This document shows positions 31,401 through 45,800 of a stretch of DNA of 64,000 nt, in pieces (position 1 is the stretch's first letter; each line of letters opens with the position of its first letter). The stretch covers positions 48,360,001 to 48,424,000 of the forward strand of contig OZ024741.1 in assembly GCA_964016885.1 (NCBI GenBank), in the 5' to 3' direction. The notes below the pieces were generated by a model that was given only the letters and a program-made list of their open reading frames with translations, made no database searches and had not been told where the DNA came from. Made by a program: the position numbers and the translations under genes. The stretch comes from Eledone cirrhosa. Taxonomy: Eukaryota.

Positions 31401-31600
31401 TTCATGTAAACCCACACTGTATTGCCCTCTAACATTCTCAATCTTCATATAAACCCACACTGTATTGCCCTCTACCATTCTCAATCTTCATATAAACCCA
31501 CACTGTATTGCCCTCTACCATTCTCAATCTTCATATAAACCCACACTGTATTGCCCTCTAACATTCTCAATCTTCATATAAACCCACACTGTATTGCCCT
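21850..31600. repeat. Nested duplications with offsets 6,103 bp (= 2,406 + 3,697) and an internal 1,160 bp
   Basis: ORF-track marker pairs 22741/28844 and 23901/30004 are both 6103 apart. 23901/26307 is 2406 apart. 22741/23901 and 28844/30004 are 1160 apart. The CTTTATG...AACCTTC variants occur only near 22980 and 29083. CTTAATATAAACACAC occurs near 24525, 26930 and 30627. Confidence 0.8.
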
Positions 31601-34600
31601 CTAACATTCTCAATCTTCATATAACCCCACACTGTATTGCCCTCTAACATTCTCAATCTTCATATAAACCCACACTGTATTGCCCTCTACCGTCCTCAAT
31701 GTTCATATAAACCCACACTGTATTGCCCTCTACCATTCTCAATCTTCATATAAACCCACACTGTATTGCCCTCATCCATTCTCAATCTTCATATAAACCC
31801 ACACTGTATTGCCCTCTAACATTCTCAATCTTCATATAAACCCACACTGTATTGCCCTCTACCATTCTCAATCTTCATATAAACCCACACTGTATTGCCC
31901 TCATCCATTCTCAATCTTCATATAAACCCACACTGTATTGCCCTCTAACATTCTCAATCTTCATGTAAACCCACACTGTATTGCCCTCTAACATTCTCAA
32001 TCTTCATATAAACCCACACTGTATTGCCCTCTACCGTCCTCAATCTTCATATAAACCCACACTGTATTGCCCTCTACCATTCTCAATCTTCATATAAACC
32101 CACACTGTATTGCCCTCTAACATTCTCAATCTTCATATAAACCCACACTGTATTGCCCTCTAACATTCTCAATCTTCATATAAACCCACACTGTATTGCC
32201 CTCTACCGTCCTCAATCTTCATATAAACCCACACTGTATTGCCCTCTAACATTCTCAATCTTCATATAAACCCACACTGTATTGCCCTCTAACATTCTCA
32301 ATCTTCATGTAAACCCACACTGTATTCCCCTCTACCATACTCAATCTTCATATAAACCCACACTGTATTGCTCTCTACCATTCTCAATCTTCATGTAAAC
32401 CCACACTTTATTGCCCTCTACTATTCTCAATCTTCATATAAACCCACACTGTATTGCCCTCTAACATTCTCAATCTTCATATAAACCCACACTGTATTGC
32501 TCTCTACCATTCTCAATCTTCATGTAAACCCACACTGTATTGCCCTCTACCATGCTCAATCTTCATATAAACCCACACTGTATTGCCCTCTACCATCCTC
32601 AATCTTCATGTAAACCCACACTGTATTGCCCTCCACCTTTCTCAATCTTCATATAAACCCACACTGTATTGCCCTCTACCATCCTCAATCTTCATGTAAA
32701 CCCACACTGTATGCACTCTACCATTCTCAATCTTCATATAAACCCACACTGTATTGCCCTCTACCATCCTCAATCTTCATATAAACCCACACTGTATTGC
32801 CTCTACCATCCTCAATCTTCATATAAACCCAAACTGTATTGCCCTCTACCATTCTCAATTTTCATGTAAACCCACACTGTATTGCCCTCTACCATCCTCA
32901 ATTTTCATATAAACCCACACTGTATTGCTCTCTACCATCCTCAATCTTCATATAAACCCACTCTGTATTGCCCTCTACCATTCTCAATCTTCATATAAAC
33001 CCACACTGTATTGTCCTCTACCATCCTCAATCTTCATATAAACCCACGCTGTATTCCCCTCTACCATTCTCAATCTTCATGTAAACCCACACTGTATGGC
33101 CTCTAACATCCTCAATCTTCATGTAAACCCACACTGTATTGCCCTCTACCATTCTCAATATTCATATAAACCCACACTGTATTGCCCTCTACCATCCTCA
33201 ATCTTCATATAAAACCACACTGTATTGCCCTCTACCACCCTCAATCTTCATGTAAACCCACACTGGATTGCCCTCTACCATCCTCGATCTTCATGTAAAC
33301 GCACACTGTATGCCCTCTACCATCCTCAATCTTCATATAAACCCACACTGTATTGCCCTCTACCATCCTCAATCTTCATATAAACCCACACTGTATTGCC
33401 CTCTACCATCCTCAATCTTCATATAAACCCACACTTTATTGCCCTCTACCATTCTCAATATTCATATAAACCCACAGTGTATTGCCCTCTACCATTCTCA
33501 ATCTTCATATAAACCCACACTGTATTGCCTCTACCATCCTCAATCTTCATATAAACCCACACTGTATTGCCCTCTACCATTCTCAATCTTCATGTAAACC
33601 GACACTGTATTGCCCTCTACCATTCTCAATCTTCATATAAACCCACAGTGTATTGCCCTCTACCATTCTCAATCTTCATGTAAACGCACACTGTATGCCC
33701 TCTACTATTCTCAATCTTCATATAAACCCACACTGTATTGCCCTCTACCATTCTCAATCTTCATATAAACCCACACTGTATTGCCCTCTACCATCCTCAA
33801 TCTTCATATAAAACCACACTGTATGGCCTCTACCATCCTCAATCTTCATATAAACCCACACTGTATTGCCCTCTAACATTCTCAATCTTCATATAAACAC
33901 ACACTGTATTGCTCTCTACCATTCTCAATCTTCATGTAAACCCACACTGTATTGCCCTCTACCATGCTCAATCTTCATATAAACCCACACTGTATTGCCC
34001 TCTACCATCCTCAATCTTCATGTAAACCCACACTGTATTGCCCTCCACCTTTCTCAATCTTCATATAAACCCACACTGTATTGCCCTCTACCATCCTCAA
34101 TCTTCATGTAAACCCACACTGTATGCACTCTACCATTCTCAATCTTCATATAAACCCACACTGTATTGCCCTCTACCATCCTCAATCTTCATGTAAACCC
34201 ACACTGTATTGCCCTCTACCATCCTCAATCTTCATGTAAACCCACACTGTATTGCCCTCTACGTTTCTCAATCTTCATATAAACCCACACTGTATTGCCC
34301 TCTACCATCCTCAATCTTCATGTAAACCCACACTGTATTGCCCTCTACGTTTCTCAATCTTCATATAAACCCACACTGTATTGCCCTCTACCATCCTCAA
34401 TCTTCATGTAAACCCACACTGTATTGCCCTCTACCATCCTCAATCTTCATGTAAACCCACACTGTATTGCCCTCTACCATTCTCAATCTTCATGTAAACC
34501 CACACTTTATTGCCCTCTACTATTCTCAATCTTCATATAAACCCACACTGTATTGCCCTCTACCATTCTCAATCTTCATATAAACCCACACCGTATTGCC

Positions 34601-37600
34601 CTCTACCATTCTCAATCTTCATATAAACCCACACTGTATTGCCCTCAACCATCCTCAATCTTCATATAAACCCACACTTTATTGCCCTCTACCGTCCTCA
34701 AACTTCATGTAAACCCACACCGTATTGCCCTCTACCATTCTCAATCTTCATGTAAACCCACACTGTATTGCCCTCTACCATCCTCAATCTTCATATAAAC
34801 CCACACTGTATTGCCCTCTACCATTCTTAATCTTCATGTAAACCCACACTGTATTGCCCTCTAACATTCTCAATCTTCATATAAACCCACACTGTATTGC
34901 CCTCTACCATTCTCAATCTTCATATAAACCCACACTGTATTGCCCTCTACCATTCTCAATCTTCATATAAACCCACACTGTATTGCCCTCTAACATTCTC
35001 AATCTTCATATAAACCCACACTGTATTGCCCTCTAACATTCTCAATCTTCATATAACCCCACACTGTATTGCCCTCTAACATTCTCAATCTTCATATAAA
35101 CCCACACTGTATTGCCCTCTACCGTCCTCAATGTTCATATAAACCCACACTGTATTGCCCTCTACCATTCTCAATCTTCATATAAACCCACACTGTATTG
35201 CCCTCATCCATTCTCAATCTTCATATAAACCCACACTGTATTGCCCTCTAACATTCTCAATCTTCATATAAACCCACACTGTATTGCCCTCTACCATTCT
35301 CAATCTTCATATAAACCCACACTGTATTGCCCTCATCCATTCTCAATCTTCATATAAACCCACACTGTATTGCCCTCTAACATTCTCAATCTTCATGTAA
35401 ACCCACACTGTATTGCCCTCTAACATTCTCAATCTTCATATAAACCCACACTGTATTGCCCTCTACCGTCCTCAATCTTCATATAAACCCACACTGTATT
35501 GCCCTCTACCATTCTCAATCTTCATATAAACCCACACTGTATTGCCCTCTAACATTCTCAATCTTCATATAAACCCACACTGTATTGCCCTCTAACATTC
35601 TCAATCTTCATATAAACCCACACTGTATTGCCCTCTACCGTCCTCAATCTTCATATAAACCCACACTGTATTGCCCTCTAACATTCTCAATCTTCATATA
35701 AACCCACACTGTATTGCCCTCTAACATTCTCAATCTTCATGTAAACCCACACTGTATTCCCCTCTACCATACTCAATCTTCATATAAACCCACACTGTAT
35801 TGCTCTCTACCATTCTCAATCTTCATGTAAACCCACACTTTATTGCCCTCTACTATTCTCAATCTTCATATAAACCCACACTGTATTGCCCTCTAACATT
35901 CTCAATCTTCATATAAACCCACACTGTATTGCTCTCTACCATTCTCAATCTTCATGTAAACCCACACTGTATTGCCCTCTACCATGCTCAATCTTCATAT
36001 AAACCCACACTGTATTGCCCTCTACCATCCTCAATCTTCATGTAAACCCACACTGTATTGCCCTCCACCTTTCTCAATCTTCATATAAACCCACACTGTA
36101 TTGCCCTCTACCATCCTCAATCTTCATGTAAACCCACACTGTATGCACTCTACCATTCTCAATCTTCATATAAACCCACACTGTATTGCCCTCTACCATC
36201 CTCAATCTTCATATAAACCCACACTGTATTGCCTCTACCATCCTCAATCTTCATATAAACCCAAACTGTATTGCCCTCTACCATTCTCAATTTTCATGTA
36301 AACCCACACTGTATTGCCCTCTACCATCCTCAATTTTCATATAAACCCACACTGTATTGCTCTCTACCATCCTCAATCTTCATATAAACCCACTCTGTAT
36401 TGCCCTCTACCATTCTCAATCTTCATATAAACCCACACTGTATTGTCCTCTACCATCCTCAATCTTCATATAAACCCACGCTGTATTCCCCTCTACCATT
36501 CTCAATCTTCATGTAAACCCACACTGTATGGCCTCTAACATCCTCAATCTTCATGTAAACCCACACTGTATTGCCCTCTACCATTCTCAATATTCATATA
36601 AACCCACACTGTATTGCCCTCTACCATCCTCAATCTTCATATAAAACCACACTGTATTGCCCTCTACCACCCTCAATCTTCATGTAAACCCACACTGGAT
36701 TGCCCTCTACCATCCTCGATCTTCATGTAAACGCACACTGTATGCCCTCTACCATCCTCAATCTTCATATAAACCCACACTGTATTGCCCTCTACCATCC
36801 TCAATCTTCATATAAACCCACACTGTATTGCCCTCTACCATCCTCAATCTTCATATAAACCCACACTTTATTGCCCTCTACCATTCTCAATATTCATATA
36901 AACCCACAGTGTATTGCCCTCTACCATTCTCAATCTTCATATAAACCCACACTGTATTGCCTCTACCATCCTCAATCTTCATATAAACCCACACTGTATT
37001 GCCCTCTACCATTCTCAATCTTCATGTAAACCGACACTGTATTGCCCTCTACCATTCTCAATCTTCATATAAACCCACAGTGTATTGCCCTCTACCATTC
37101 TCAATCTTCATGTAAACGCACACTGTATGCCCTCTACTATTCTCAATCTTCATATAAACCCACACTGTATTGCCCTCTACCATTCTCAATCTTCATATAA
37201 ACCCACACTGTATTGCCCTCTACCATCCTCAATCTTCATATAAAACCACACTGTATGGCCTCTACCATCCTCAATCTTCATATAAACCCACACTGTATTG
37301 CCCTCTAACATTCTCAATCTTCATATAAACACACACTGTATTGCTCTCTACCATTCTCAATCTTCATGTAAACCCACACTGTATTGCCCTCTACCATGCT
37401 CAATCTTCATATAAACCCACACTGTATTGCCCTCTACCATCCTCAATCTTCATGTAAACCCACACTGTATTGCCCTCCACCTTTCTCAATCTTCATATAA
37501 ACCCACACTGTATTGCCCTCTACCATCCTCAATCTTCATGTAAACCCACACTGTATGCACTCTACCATTCTCAATCTTCATATAAACCCACACTGTATTG

Positions 37601-37780
37601 CCCTCTACCATCCTCAATCTTCATGTAAACCCACACTGTATTGCCCTCTACCATCCTCAATCTTCATGTAAACCCACACTGTATTGCCCTCTACGTTTCT
37701 CAATCTTCATATAAACCCACACTGTATTGCCCTCTACCATCCTCAATCTTCATGTAAACCCACACTGTATTGCCCTCTAC
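30860..37780. repeat. Tandem duplication of a 3,432-bp (~80-monomer) unit, 2 copies, followed by a rearranged third copy
   Basis: ORF markers at 32669/36101, CTCATCC at 31771/35203, and CGTTT at 30916/34348 and 34262/37694 all give offset 3432. Confidence 0.88.
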
Positions 37781-39804
37781 CATCCTCAATCTTCATGTAA
37801 ACCCACACTGTATTGCCCTCTACCATTCTCAATCTTCATGTAAACCCACACTTTATTGCCCTCTACTATTCTCAATCTTCATATAAACCCACACTGTATT
37901 GCCCTCTACCACCCTCAATCTTCATGTAAACCCACACTGAATTGCCCTCTACCATCCTCAATCTTCATGTAAACGCACACTGTATGCCCTCTACCATCCT
38001 CAATCTTCATATAAACCCACACCGTATTGCCCTCTACCATTCTCAATCTTCATATAAACCCACACTTTATTGCCCTCTACTATTCTCAATCTTCATATAA
38101 ACCCACACTGTATTGCCCTCTACCATCCTCAATCTTCATATAAACCCACACTTTATTGCCCTCTACCGTCCTCAAACTTCATGTAAACCCACACCGTATT
38201 GCCCTCTACCATTCTCAATCTTCATGTAAACCCACACTGTATTGCCCTCTACCATCCTCAATCTTCATATAAACCCACACTGTATTGCCCTCTACCATTC
38301 TTAATCTTCATGTAAACCCACACTGTATTGCCCTCTAACATTCTCAATCTTCATATAAACCCACACTGTATTGCCCTCTACCATTCTCAATCTTCATATA
38401 AACCCACACTGTATTGCCCTCTACCATTCTCAATCTTCATATAAACCCACACTGTATTGCCCTCTAACATTCTCAATCTTCATATAAACCCACACTGTAT
38501 TGCCCTCTAACATTCTCAATCTTCATATAACCCCACACTGTATTGCCCTCTAACATTCTCAATCTTCATATAAACCCACACTGTATTGCCCTCTACCGTC
38601 CTCAATGTTCATATAAACCCACACTGTATTGCCCTCTACCATTCTCAATCTTCATATAAACCCACACTGTATTGCCCTCATCCATTCTCAATCTTCATAT
38701 AAACCCACACTGTATTGCCCTCTAACATTCTCAATCTTCATATAAACCCACACTGTATTGCCCTCTACCATGCTCAATCTTCATATAAACCCACACTGTA
38801 TTGCCCTCTAACATTCTCAATCTTCATATAAACCCACACTGTATTGCCCTCTACCGTCCTCAATGTTCATATAAACCCACACTGTATTGCCCTCTACCAT
38901 TCTCAATCTTCATATAAACCCACACTGTATTGCCCTCATCCATTCTCAATCTTCATATAAACCCACACTGTATTGCCCTCTAACATTCTCAATCTTCATA
39001 TAAACCCACACTGTATTGCCCTCTACCATGCTCAATCTTCATATAAACCCACACTGTATTGCCCTCTAACATTCTCAATCTTCATATAAACCCACACTGT
39101 ATTGCCCTCTAACATTCTCAATCTTCATATAACCCCACACTGTATTGCCCTCTAACATTCTCAATCTTCATATAAACCCACACTGTATTGCCCTCTACCG
39201 TCCTCAATGTTCATATAAACCCACACTGTATTGCCCTCTACCATTCTCAATCTTCATATAAACCCACACTGTATTGCCCTCATCCATTCTCAATCTTCAT
39301 ATAAACCCACACTGTATTGCCCTCTAACATTCTCAATCTTCATATAAGCCCACACTGTATTGCCCTCTACCATGCTCAATCTTCATATAAACCCACACTG
39401 TATTGCCCTCTAACATTCTCAATCTTCATATAAACCCACACTGTATTGCCCTCTACCATCCTCAATCTTCATATAAACCCACACTGTATTGCCCTCATCC
39501 ATTCTCAATCTTCATATAAACCCACACTGTATTGCCCTCTAACATTCTCAATCTTCATGTAAACCCACACTGTATTGCCCTCTAACATTCTCAATCTTCA
39601 TATAAACCCACACTGTATTGCCCTCTACCGTCCTCAATCTTCATATAAACCCACACTGTATTGCCCTCTACCATTCTCAATCTTCATATAAACCCACACT
39701 GTATTGCCCTCTAACATTCTCAATCTTCATATAAACCCACACTGTATTGCCCTCTAACATTCTCAATCTTCATATAAACCCACACTGTTTTGCCCTCTAC
39801 CGTC

Positions 39805-42800
39805 CTCAATCTTCATATAAACCCACACTGTATTGCCCTCTAACATTCTCAATCTTCATATAAACCCACACTGTATTGCCCTCTAACATTCTCAATCTTC
39901 ATGTAAACCCACACTGTATTCCCCTCTACCATACTCAATCTTCATATAAACCCACACTGTATTGCTCTCTACCATTCTCAATCTTCATGTAAACCCACAC
40001 TTTATTGCCCTCTACTATTCTCAATCTTCATGTAAACCCACACTGTATGCACTCTACCATTCTCAATCTTCATATAAACCCACACTGTATTGCCCTCTAC
40101 CATCCTCAATCTTCATATAAACCCACACTGTATTGCCTCTACCATCCTCAATCTTCATGTAAACCCACACTGTATTGCCCTCTACCATTCTCAATTTTCA
40201 TGTAAACCCACACTGTATTGCCCTCTACCATCCTCAATTTTCATATAAACCCACACTGTATTGCTCTCTACCATCCTCAATCTTCATATAAACCCACTCT
40301 GTATTGCCCTCTACCATTCTCAATCTTCATATAAACCCACACTGTATTGTCCTCTACCATCCTCAATCTTCATATAAACCCACGCTGTATTCCCCTCTAC
40401 CATTCTCAATCTTCATGTAAACCCACACTGTATGGCCTCTAACATCCTCAATCTTCATGTAAACCCACACTGTATTGCCCTCTACCATTCTCAATATTCA
40501 TATAAACCCACACTGTATTGCCCTCTACCATCCTCAATCTTCATATAAAACCACACTGTATTGCCCTCTACCACCCTCAATCTTCATGTAAACCCACACT
40601 GGATTGCCCTCTACCACCCTCAATCTTCATGTAAACCCACACTGTATTGCCCTCTACCATCCTCAATCTTCATATAAACCCACACTTTATTGCCCTCTAC
40701 CATTCTCAATATTCATATAAACCCACAGTGTATTGCCCTCTACCATTCTCAATCTTCATATAAACCCACACTGTATTGCCCTCTACCATTCTCAATCTTC
40801 ATGTAAACCCACACTGTATTGCCCTCTACCATTCTCAATCTTCATATAAACCCACAGTGTATTGCCCTCTACCGTCCTCAATCTTCATATAAACCCACAC
40901 TGTATTGCCCTCTACCATTCTCAATCTTCATATAAACCCACACTGTATTGCCTCTACCATCCTCAATCTTCATATAAACCCACACTGTATTGCCCTCTAC
41001 CACCCTCAATCTTCATGTAAACCCACACTGGATTGCCCTCTACCATCCTCAAACTTCATGTAAACGCACACTGTATGCCCTCTACTATTCTCAATCTTCA
41101 TATAAACCCACACTGTATTGCCCTCTACCATTCTCAATCTTCATATAAACCCACACTTTATTGCCCTCTACTATACTCAATCTTCATATAAACCCACACT
41201 GTATTGCCCTCTACCATCCTCAATCTTCATATAAACCCACACTTTATTGCCCTCTACCGTCCTCAATCTTCATGTAAACCCACACCGTATTGCCCTCTAC
41301 CATTCTCAATCTTCATGTAAACCCACACTGTATTGCCCTCTACCATCCTCAATCTTCATATAAACCCACACTGTATTGCCCTCTACCATTCTTAATCTTC
41401 ATGTAAACCGACACTGTATTGCCCTCTACCATTCTCAATCTTCATATAAACCCACAGTGTATTGCCCTCTACCATTCTCAATCTTCATATAAACCCACAC
41501 TGTATTGCCTCTACCATCTTCAATCTTCATATAAACCCACACTGTATTGCCCTCTACCACCCTCAATCTTCATGTAAACCCACACTGGATTGCCCTCTAC
41601 CATCCTCAATCTTCATGTAAACGCACACTGTATGCCCTCTACTATTCTCAATCTTCATATAAACCCACACTGTATTGCCCTCTACCATTCTCAATCTTCA
41701 TATAAACCCACACTTTATTGCCCTCTACTATTCTCAATCTTCATATAAACCCACACTGTATTGCCCTCTACCATGCTCAATCTTCATATAAACCCACACT
41801 TTATTGCCCTCTACCGTCCTCAATCTTCATGTAAACCCACACCGTATTGCCCTCTAACATTCTCAATCTTCATGTAAACCCACACTGTATTGCCCTCTAC
41901 CATCCTCAATCTTCATATAAACCCACACTGTATTGCCCTCTACCATTCTTAATCTTCATGTAAACCCACACTGTATTGCCCTCTAACATTCTCAATCTTC
42001 ATATAAACCCACACTGTATTGCCCTCTACCGTCCTCAATCTTCATATAAACCCACACTGTATTGCCCTCTACCATTCTCAATCTTCATATAAACCCACAC
42101 TGTATTGCCCTCTAACATTCTCAATCTTCATATAAACCCACACTGTATTGCCCTCTAACATTCTCAATCTTCATATAAACCCACACTGTATTGCCCTCTA
42201 CCGTCCTCAATCTTCATATAAACCCACACTGTATTGCCCTCTAACATTCTCAATCTTCATATAAACCCACACTGTATTGCCCTCTAACATCCTCAATCTT
42301 CATGTAAACCCACACTGTATTGCCCTCTACCATTCTCAATATTCATATAAACCCACACTGTATTGCCCTCTACCATCCTCAATCTTCATATAAAACCACA
42401 CTGTATTGCCCTCTACCACCCTCAATCTTAATGTAAACCCACACTGGATTGCCCTCTACCATCCTCAATCTTCATGTAAACGCACACTGTATGCCCTCTA
42501 CTATTCTCAATCTTCATATAAACCCACACTGTATTGCCCTCTACCATCCTCAATCTTCATATAAACCCACACTGTATTGCCCTCTACCATCCTCAATCTT
42601 CATATAAAACCACACTGTATTGCCCTCTACCACCCTCAATCTTAATGTAAACCCACACTGGATTGCCCTCTACCATCCTCAATCTTCAAGTAAACGCACA
42701 CTGTATGCCCTCTACTATTCTCAATCTTCATATAAACCCACACTGTATTGCCCTCTACCATCCTCAATCTTCATATAAACCCACACTGTATTGCCCTCTA

Positions 42801-45800
42801 CCATCCTCAATCTTCATATAAACCCACACTGTATTGCCCTCTACCATCCTCAATCTTCATATAAACCCACACTTTATTGCCCTCTACCATTCTCAATATT
42901 CATATAAACCCACAGTGTATTGCCCTCTACCATTCTCAATCTTCATATAAACCCACACTGTATTGCCTCTACCATCCTCAATCTTCATATAAACCCACAC
43001 TGTATTGCCCTCTACCATCCTCAATCTTCATATAAACCCACACTGTATTGCCCTCTACCGTCCTCAATCTTCATATAAACCCACACTGTATTGCCCTCTA
43101 CCATTCTCAATCTTCATGTAAACCGACACTGTATTGCCCTCTACCATTCTCAATCTTCATATAAACCCACAGTGTATTGCCCTCTACCATTCTCAATCTT
43201 CATATAAACCCACACTGTATTGCCTCTACCATCCTCAATCTTCATATAAACCCACACTGTATTGCCCTCTACCACCCTCAATCTTCATGTAAACCCACAC
43301 TGGATTGCCCTCTACCATCCTCAATCTTCATGTAAACGCACACTGTATGCCCTCTACTATTCTCAATCTTCATATAAACCCACACTGTATTGCCCTCTAC
43401 CATTCTCAATCTTCATATAAACCCACACTTTATTGCCCTCTACTATTCTCAATCTTCATATAAACCCACACTGTATTGCCCTCTACCATCCTCAATCTTC
43501 ATATAAACCCACACTTTATTGCCCTCTACCGTCCTCAATCTTCATGTAAACCCACACCGTATTGCCCTCTACCATTCTCAATCTTCATGTAAACCCACAC
43601 TGTATTGCCCTCTACCATCCTCAATCTTCATATAAACCCACACTGTATTGCCCTCTACCATTCTTAATCTTCATGTAAACCCACACTGTATTGCCCTCTA
43701 ACATTCTCAATCTTCATATAAACCAACACTGTATTGCCCTCTACCGTCCTCAATCTTCATATAAACCCACACTGTATTGCCCTCTACCATTCTCAATCTT
43801 CATATAAACCCACACTGTATTGCCCTCTAACATTCTCAATCTTCATATAAACCCACACTGTATTGCCCTCTAACATTCTCAATCTTCATATAAACCCACA
43901 CTGTATTGCCCTCTAACATTCTCAATCTTCATATAAACCCACACTGTATTGCCCTCTAACATTCTCAATCTTCATGTAAACCCACACTGTATTCCCCTCT
44001 ACCATACTCAATCTTCATATAAACCCACACTGTATTGCTCTCTACCATTCTCAATCTTCATGTAAACCCACACTTTATTGCCCTCTACTATTCTCAATCT
44101 TCATGTAAACCCACACTGTATGCACTCTACCATTCTCAATCTTCATATAAACCCACACTGTATTGCCCTCTACCATCCTCAATCTTCATATAAACCCACA
44201 CTGTATTGCCTCTACCATCCTCAATCTTCATGTAAACCCACACTGTATTGCCCTCTACCATTCTCAATTTTCATGTAAACCCACACTGTATTGCCCTCTA
44301 CCATCCTCAATTTTCATATAAACCCACACTGTATTGCTCTCTACCATCCTCAATCTTCATATAAACCCACTCTGTATTGCCCTCTACCATTCTCAATCTT
44401 CATATAAACCCACACTGTATTGTCCTCTACCATCCTCAATCTTCATATAAACCCACGCTGTATTCCCCTCTACCATTCTCAATCTTCATGTAAACCCACA
44501 CTGTATGGCCTCTAACATCCTCTATCTTCATGTAAACCCACACTGTATTGCCCTCTACCATTCTCAATATTCATATAAACCCACACTGTATTGCCCTCTA
44601 CCATCCTCAATCTTCATATAAAACCACACTGTATTGCCCTCTACCACCCTCAATCTTCATGTAAACCCACACTGGATTGCCCTCTACCACCCTCAATCTT
44701 CATGTAAACCCACACTGTATTGCCCTCTACCATCCTCAATCTTCATATAAACCCACACTTTATTGCCCTCTACCATTCTCAATATTCATATAAACCCACA
44801 GTGTATTGCCCTCTACCATTCTCAATCTTCATATAAACCCACACTGTATTGCCCTCTACCATTCTCAATCTTCATGTAAACCCACACTGTATTGCCCTCT
44901 ACCATTCTCAATCTTCATATAAACCCACAGTGTATTGCCCTCTACCGTCCTCAATCTTCATATAAACCCACACTGTATTGCCCTCTACCATTCTCAATCT
45001 TCATATAAACCCACACTGTATTGCCTCTACCATCCTCAATCTTCATATAAACCCACACTGTATTGCCCTCTACCACCCTCAATCTTCATGTAAACCCACA
45101 CTGGATTGCCCTCTACCATCCTCAAACTTCATGTAAACGCACACTGTATGCCCTCTACTATTCTCAATCTTCATATAAACCCACACTGTATTGCCCTCTA
45201 CCATTCTCAATCTTCATATAAACCCACACTTTATTGCCCTCTACTATACTCAATCTTCATATAAACCCACACTGTATTGCCCTCTACCATCCTCAATCTT
45301 CATATAAACCCACACTTTATTGCCCTCTACCGTCCTCAATCTTCATGTAAACCCACACCGTATTGCCCTCTACCATTCTCAATCTTCATGTAAACCCACA
45401 CTGTATTGCCCTCTACCATCCTCAATCTTCATATAAACCCACACTGTATTGCCCTCTACCATTCTTAATCTTCATGTAAACCGACACTGTATTGCCCTCT
45501 ACCATTCTCAATCTTCATATAAACCCACAGTGTATTGCCCTCTACCATTCTCAATCTTCATATAAACCCACACTGTATTGCCTCTACCATCTTCAATCTT
45601 CATATAAACCCACACTGTATTGCCCTCTACCACCCTCAATCTTCATGTAAACCCACACTGGATTGCCCTCTACCATCCTCAATCTTCATGTAAACGCACA
45701 CTGTATGCCCTCTACTATTCTCAATCTTCATATAAACCCACACTGTATTGCCCTCTACCATTCTCAATCTTCATATAAACCCACACTTTATTGCCCTCTA

